This document shows positions 24,311 to 30,383 of a stretch of DNA of 30,383 nucleotides, in pieces. Both the position numbers and the translations under genes were made by a program. Numbering within the stretch: the stretch's first letter is position 1; each line of letters starts with the position of its first letter. Source of the stretch: Rhizodiscina lignyota (lineage: Eukaryota); assembly GCA_010015805.1 (NCBI GenBank), contig ML978138.1, positions 496,001 through 526,383 of the forward strand, read 5' to 3'. Below the pieces are notes generated by a model. That model did no database searches. It was not told the origin of the DNA and saw only the letters and a list, made by a program, of their open reading frames with translations.

Positions 24311-24731
24311 CTAGCTCAACATCTTCTCGGGAACCCAATCTTCGACCTCCACGCCATCAGAATCCTGCACCCTGTAATAGAATCTGCCTTCTTTGTCCTT
24401 CGCACATTGGATGATCTTAACCGGCATCACCGGACCTCTGGGTTTATTTCGGTATTGCGCCATTTGTCCTTCGTGAAAGCCTTTCTTATACTGTGGATTG
24501 GTTGCCTCGTCAGCGCTCAAGGATCATTTCGGTGACACAGCACTCACCTGGGCAGGCTCATCCTCCCTCACACTCGTTCGCCCTGGTGACTCCGCCCTCT
24601 ATTACAACACTTTAACTCTCTGACATGGACCAACTGCGACTGCAGAGACTTACTGGAATGATCAATTTACAATCTCCGTGTAGGTCTCGAGGCTCATTAA
24701 AGATCCCCTGGACACCGATAACGTCAGCCAT
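24311..24731 (-). CDS. Small hypothetical protein, 102 aa, with a C-terminal SH3/Tudor-like beta-rich pattern; exons 24731-24654, 24598-24548, 24490-24311
   Basis: Start context GACATGG. Two phase-0 introns (GTAAGT...TAG, 55 nt; GTGAGT...CTGAC...CAG, 57 nt) give MADVIGVQGIFNEPRDLHGDCKLIIP|RAESPGRTSVREDEPAQ|YKKGFHEGQMAQYRNKPRGPVMPVKIIQCAKDKEGRFYYRVQDSDGVEVEDWVPEKMLS*. Confidence 0.7.
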
Positions 24732-25175
24732 GTCGAGAGGTATGGCTTAGTCCACTTGATTCGAAACCCAGGTATGTAGACTCTAGTGCCGACTGTGACG
24801 GTGGGCGATGTGATCCATCAAGATTATTATATACGGCTTCTTGAATCCGGTGTGAGGGAAGGCCGCATCCGATCACGTAGTACTGCGTGGCGCATTCTTC
24901 TACTGTCCACTGATTATCACCCGATCACGCTGGGAATCTCTAGGAAGGTGCTTCCAAGGGCGGCCTCAACGAGAAGTACACGTAGACGGATCCGGTTTGC
25001 AATCTGCCTCGGGCGTCGAGTCCGCCTTGCTAAGGCAACCGGTGAAGTGTTCGTGCAGATGTGGCTTTGCGTTCTTTTGAGGCTGAAAGACTACACTATA
25101 GGTTTATATAGAGTAACTTGTGGCGCATCACAATGGGGACATAGCATTCGTTCTCAAGTTGGCCTCTTAGATCAA
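24732..25175. promoter_or_regulatory. Putative bidirectional promoter (444 bp) between the small gene and the caspase-like gene
   Basis: TATATAA on the minus strand at 24833-24827, about 100 bp before ATG 24731. TATATA on the plus strand at 25105-25110, about 70 bp before ATG 25176. Confidence 0.5.
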
Positions 25176-26698
25176 ATGGACCCAGCAGAACCTACTCTTT
25201 CCCCTCCTTCCGAGCCGGACTCGTACTCTCCACTCAAAATGAAGTCTTCACTCGGGAATATCAGGGTCGCCAAAGACGCCGATCTCCGCAGTAAGCAGGC
25301 AGTATTCGACCAACACTTTGTCTTTCAGCCGGAACCCGTCAAACATGATCGGACTGCGGTACTTCTCCTTTCTTGGCAAGGAAGTAATATGGATGGTGTC
25401 TCCAAAGAGGTGAGATAATTACCGTGTTTCCTTTCGTTGGCATTCCAGCACTTTTGAGTTACATATTGTTGGTATCGACGTTAACTGCAAAAAGTTACAA
25501 GATGTTAGAAGCGTTTTCGAAAAAGTGTATGGGTTTGAAGTCAAAGAGAAAGAGTTGGTTGGAGATATGCCAGCATCAGCTCCACAGCCACAACTTCAGC
25601 TCCAGCATATCCTCACCAACTTCATGTTCCATCATCACTCGACTCGTCCGCTGTACATCATCTACTACGCTGGACATGGGTTTGGTGGAGATAAAGCTGG
25701 GAATTTGCATCTTCCACGGTAATGCACGCTGTTGGGGACGTGGACTCCCGCTAACTTAGTTCTCCAGCGAAGTGAAATTGAAAAAGTCAACAAAACAGGA
25801 CATCATTGTGTGGAATGAGGCAGAGAAACAGCTACATAATCAGCGAGCAGACATTCTTCTCATTTTCGACTGCTGCGATGCTGGAGCTCTTCGCCAACGT
25901 GGGGATTATACGTTCGAATTTCTTGGTGCCTGTGAAGCAAACAAGAAGACGCCATTTCCGGGACACGAGTCGTTCACAACTGCACTTGTTTGGGCTCTAC
26001 GCAATCTTGCTGAGGAAGGAACAGGCTTCGCTACCCCGAAACTCAAATCTGAGATCAAGAAGCACGGTAAGTTTCAAGGCGACCCTGTCCTCTTCTATCG
26101 GGGAGAAAACGCGAACCCAAGTGGCCCACATGTTTGGATTGAACGGATGCCCCAAGGCAGTGGATCGAATAACCAGACACCAACGCGACCCTTCCCTGAT
26201 CTAATCGTTGATTCTCAGGAATCATGGGATTGGATGGAATTCCGACTGTGGTTTGACAGGGCGCAAAAGCACGAGGACGTCAAGAACCTTGCCCAGGGGT
26301 ACAATCAACTTGTTACCGAGCATGGGCAAGACCTGGGTCTTCGCTTGGTGTCTCTCGTTAAGTCGTCACTGCCTCCAGGTCAAGTTTCCAATGACTTGAA
26401 AATTTTCGTCGACAATTGGAGGCAGTACAAGCGTCGCGCGTCATCTGCTAGTCAAATTCCTCAGCTTGAGATTATCCCTCCTGAATCGACGCTGGGGTCT
26501 TCCTTCCCCCCGTCACCTTCAGAACCTATTGTGGAGGTGCTGACTCAAGCTGAGCCACGATCTCCTGTTACGCTCATCCACTCTCCCTCAAAGACACCGC
26601 CACCGGGCGTAGACCTGATGGGGCCGGAAGACATGGAAGTCAAGGAATTATATGAGGGCGAAGCTCATCCCGAAGTTCCGCGACACATCGGCAAATGA
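25176..26698 (+). CDS. Caspase-like (clan CD, C14-related) cysteine protease with an intact His-Cys dyad, about 462 aa; exons 25176-25409, 25495-25718, 25768-26698
   Basis: Reads TAVLLLSW...E|LQDVRSVFEKVYGFEV, then LYIIYYAGHG (His), ADILLIFDCCDAG (Cys) and FEFLGAC...TPFPGHESFTTALVWAL. Introns 25410-25494 and 25719-25767 (GCTAAC branch) keep the frame. The tail is Pro/Ser-rich. The start codon is not certain. Confidence 0.8.
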
Positions 26699-27534
26699 GC
26701 CATCAAGCATTAATTCCCGGTTCATTTTGGAGAAAGGGCAAATTTCCTTCAGCAACTAGTTCTCAACCGGGTAAGACGTGCCAGGAGCTTTTGGCGTTCT
26801 CATGGAATATGATCGTTGGATTATATAGGTTTGAGCTGCAAGTCTAGCTTCCCAATAGTTATACGACACTACTCGATGTCCAGACATTTCGGTCCTGCTT
26901 TGCGGCTTTGCCCCAGGATATGTGCTTGGGTCAGGTATTCTACGCAAATATGTATGTAGTATTGAGTAACTTAGTCGTCGTAGGTACTCGTGATCTTTTC
27001 CTAGTTCAATCTGTTGTCCTCGATTAAATCTATATTTGCATCTTTATGCCACAATGCATATAGAGGTCCAGACTACATGCAAACAAAGGCAACATCCCAA
27101 CATGCAGTGGGCTTATTGACCAAAGCAATGTTGCTGCTCGTCCCATTATACTCTCATCTGCGCCTCGCTTTACCAATCCTTTACCACAATATAAAAGTTC
27201 AGAAGCGTTTGAACGGTCTTCATTGTAGCGGATCCCAAACCTGCTCCTCGAGGCCTTTTCTGGATCCTGCAACGAAGTATTTTGCCTGTGCGCGGGAAGG
27301 ATGGCAATGGAGAATTAAACGCGAGTGGGTTTTAAAGAGGCACTTTGAAAACTACGCCTAGTTAATATTTACTACCAGACGAGGAAGTTCACCAGGACAA
27401 ATCTTAGTAATCGATGAATATGTAAGCACTTGCGCATGTGAACTTCCTGTTCCAATATCTGCCTCGCATGTCACAAAACAATACGTCCTGAGTGACTTTA
27501 CCTCTCGATCTAATCTCTGCTATTGTTTTAAAGC

Positions 27535-29339
27535 CTACATCTTAGCTCTAAACTTCTCAGCGCCCAATTCCACCTTCTGCAGCCCCATCTGCCTAAACAA
27601 TTGATCACTCTTCGCCGCTTGCCTCTCCAATTTCGCCTTAATAGCATCCTTCCTCGACCTATTCTCCCTCCGCCCAAGCTGCTGCAAATGCACTTCGTCC
27701 GGCCCATCCGCAATCCGCAGCGTGCGCAAATGCGCCCACATAAACGCCAACGGCGTGTCCTGGCACACGCCCATCGCGCCATGCACCTGCACCGCCTTGT
27801 CAATAACGTCTAGCGCCACCTGCGGGACCTTGACTTTGGCCTGCGCAATCTCTTTGAGTGCGTGGCGCGCGTCCTTCTGATCGGTCTTGATGGCTGCGTT
27901 CAAGACGATGAGGCGGGAGGCGTCGATCTCGATCCGCGCTTTAGCGATCCATTCGATTAGCACGCCGTGCTCGTAGAGCGGCTTGCCGAAAGAGATTTTA
28001 CGCTCATCGTTGAGCCGATTGATAAGTAGTTCTAAAGCGCGTTCAGAGGCTCCGATACCGCGCATTGCGTGGTGGATACGTCCAGGGCCGAGTCGGCCTT
28101 GCATAATCTCGTTGCCGCGCCCTTCGCCGAGGACCATAGCGTCGAGAGGCATCTTTACATCTTTGAATGTGATATGGCAATGACCATGGGGCGCGTCATC
28201 ATAGCCGTATACGCTTAGCATCCGGTGAATCGTGATACCTGGAGTGCCGGCCGGAACAAGCATCATGCTTTGCTGCTTATATTTATCTGGATTCGTCGGA
28301 TCCGTCTTGCCCATAGTGATATAGATCTTGCAGCGGTCGTCTGCCGCGCCAGAAGACCACCACTTCGTGCCGTTGAGTACGTAGTGGTCCCCCCGCCGCT
28401 CCATGCGTAGCTGAATGTTCGACCCGTCGCTGCTGGCGACGTTAGGCTCGGTCATGAGGAACGCGGAGCGGATTTCGCCCGCCATAAGGGGTTTGAGCCA
28501 TTTCTCCTTTTGCGCGGCGGATCCGTAGCGCGCGATTACCTCCATGTTGCCTGTGTCGGGTGCGGAGCAGTTGCATGCCTGTGGGCGTCCGTCAGACCAA
28601 GAAATCAAGACAAGCAGGAAAGACTGATACGCTGTACCTCGCTAGCAATGAACGACTTGCCAAGCTGCTCAGCCATAAGCCCGTACTCAGCGTTCGTGAA
28701 TTGCGGCCCTTCTTTGAAATGATTTTTGGGCAGGAACATGTTCCAAATGCCTACGGCATGCGCCTTCTTCTTCAGATCGTCGAGCACACTGGGGTGGCCC
28801 CGGAACCGCTCGATGCCGGTGCCGATTTGGGACTGGTAGACGGCTTCGGCGGGGATGCATTCTTCGTTGACGAATTGCTCGACCTGTGGACATGTGAGCG
28901 GGGCATGTTTGATGTGGGGAAGAGAAAGGGGAGGTGATTGACGTGTGCGCCTGTAAAATCACGTGCCACCAAGGAGCAGCGAGCTCGGTAGTCATCACAA
29001 AGAAGCGGTAAACAGGTAAGACTAAAAGAAATGTTTGCAATCTACGTATTTTGGATTGAGGAGTCTCAGATGGCTTGAGTTTTATGGATACAATGTTGTG
29101 TCCACACCGCCCTCCCCCTCACAATCGACGAGCTTTGGCAAAACCGGTAGACGTGAAGTTAAAAGCAAGGCATTCAAGATGATTAAGATGAGAAATTTGT
29201 TAGAAGCATCTGTATTCAATGAAGTTCCGCAATTTTGAAACGTCGGATTTTAACGTACTTTGTCGAGAAGCTGCTTCGCTCGCTCTGACACGAATGGAAC
29301 GGCGATGGGAGGGATGTTCTGAGACGCCGATGTAGCCAT
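27535..29339 (-). CDS. Acyl-CoA dehydrogenase (ACAD10/11-like), probably peroxisomal, 456 aa; exons 29339-29259, 28883-28638, 28578-27535
   Basis: Reads MATSASQNIPPIAVPFVSERAKQLLDK|VEQFVNEECIPAE...GIWNMFLP...ASE|ACNCSAPDTGNMEV...RSAFLMTEP.VASSD...KWWSSGA...QGRLGPGRIHHAMR...RTLRIADGPDEVH. The C-terminal AKM fits the PTS1 consensus. Confidence 0.94.
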
Positions 29340-29410
29340 GATGGATTGTATCTTTAGCGTAGTATGAGATGGTAGAGATCAATTGAAGACTATTCAGATG
29401 AGAAATTTGT
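29173..29410. repeat. 28-nt imperfect direct repeat (29173-29200 and 29383-29410) flanking ACAD exon 1
   Basis: TTCAAGATGATTAAGATGAGAAATTTGT versus TTGAAGACTATTCAGATGAGAAATTTGT: 24/28 identical, with a perfect 15-nt core. Confidence 0.75.
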
Positions 29411-29483
29411 GCAGGAATGTTCTACTTCTTGGAAGCTCTTGCGACAAGAGGGGAGCGGAGTATAGACTTAGGTGGAGAAAGAG

Positions 29484-29489
29484 CCGAGG
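29484..29489. promoter_or_regulatory. CCGAGG (CCTCGG) FarA/FarB-type fatty-acid response element upstream of ACAD
   Basis: Exact hexamer about 145 bp upstream of the ACAD ATG. It fits a beta-oxidation gene, but a single hexamer can occur by chance. Confidence 0.45.
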
Positions 29490-30344
29490 CGGCCCTGAAA
29501 CCAATGTGGGGTGCATTTCTCAATACCCAAATACAAAGTCAAGCCGCTCTGGTACTCGGGCCAATAAGAGGACCAGAATATGCCTCTGCAATGCCAAAGA
29601 TGGACAATTGCTGATCCTGGCCGAGAATGTCAAAACCTGGGTTAGGTATAAGAAAGTCTTGTCGACCAAAGGACGGCGCTAATGGCCGTAGTCGAAAGTT
29701 CCCGGAGTCGCGAAAGGTACGCTTGCTGGTACTCTTCGCGCGTCCTCTGCAATGCAACAAGCGGTGGTAGCGGTAAGATGTATACGTACCGCAAAAGGGC
29801 TTTGTCCTCCCCGCACGCGCCGGCGGGATTGCAAAATGCGATATTGACATTGCTAATGACGGCGACTTTCATGAATAGTACATGTAAGGTCTTGAGGTAG
29901 CTAGTCCTCAGGTAAAGGGGAGAACGCCGCGGAAAATTGCGGGCCGAATCTCGATTACTCTATTCGCTGCAGAGCTTTATCGATAAGGATTTTCCTATCG
30001 CGGTAATTTTGGCCGAGTAAGCGTGATCTAACCCCGCCTTCCACCCTGCAAGTCCCGTCCATTCCAACGATCGTGAAGGCAGAAAAAAAGAACGCCTACG
30101 TTACTAGTTACTATTTCCTGTAGTAGCAAGCACTGGATTCTGCATTTGTATCGCGTAGGTTTTTCCCTCATCGCCGCCGCCACAGGGCGAGGCGCGAACC
30201 TCCGAAAATAGCGCTCCGAAAAACTCAACCTCTACCACCTCCACCACCTTCACCACCTCTATTCAACCTCAACGCATGCTATTAGGCAAACGACAACGCT
30301 CCCGAAGCCTATCAGCCGATAACCAAACAGAACGACGTATCCCG

Positions 30345-30383
30345 ATGCCCCCAGAACCTTCCTCCGCTACAGGACGCACCCGA
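30345..30383 (+). CDS. Possible start of a divergent gene running off the window (MPPEPSSATGRTR...)
   Basis: ATG followed by an open frame to the window end (13 codons), preceded by a C/A-rich leader-like tract at about 30225-30300. Too short to identify. Confidence 0.25.
   Translation, partial: MPPEPSSATGRTR

Noticed and set aside
24786..25175. N-terminal extension of the protease ORF from GTG 24786
   Set aside because: It has a non-ATG start, overlaps the divergent promoter and TATA-like boxes, and does not look protein-like. ATG 25176 is preferred, though an upstream exon cannot be excluded.
28884..29000. Box C/D snoRNA in ACAD intron 1 (GTGATGA at 28998-28992, minus strand)
   Set aside because: There is no downstream CTGA box D or terminal stem before the acceptor.
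29981..30000. Imperfect inverted repeat CGATAAGGA...TCCTATCG
   Set aside because: Short and imperfect, so compatible with chance.
1..30383. tRNA/rRNA genes, CRISPR arrays, transposons
   Set aside because: I saw no cloverleaf, rRNA-like sequence, repeat-spacer array, transposase/RT motifs or terminal repeats. Small degenerate elements could be missed by eye.

Overview
Intron-containing genomic DNA from a filamentous ascomycete (Pezizomycotina; short GT-AG introns with CTRAY branch sites). By hand-splicing I can model 12 protein-coding genes. In order: the 3' part of a GH31 alpha-glucosidase, an intronless DHA2-type MFS efflux pump, a Clr2 silencing factor, a single-pass Cys-rich membrane protein, SYM1/Mpv17, a NAM8/NGR1/Csx1-type triple-RRM protein, scytalone dehydratase, a DUR3 urea transporter, a compact three-gene module, and a peroxisomal ACAD10/11-like acyl-CoA dehydrogenase. 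The best candidate for an undescribed system is the module at 22.8-26.7 kb: a DUF6594-like 3-TM membrane protein and a hidden 3-exon, 102-aa beta-barrel-like protein, head-to-head with a caspase-like His-Cys protease. This resembles the protease + membrane-effector layout of fungal gasdermin cell-death clusters (inference). The RRM gene carries a second set of oddities. Its last intron plus stop-codon acceptor is tandemly duplicated, giving switchable C-termini, one of them Cys-rich. An 18-bp palindrome also pairs a branch point with a 3' splice site. All family assignments come from motif recognition, not database searches.
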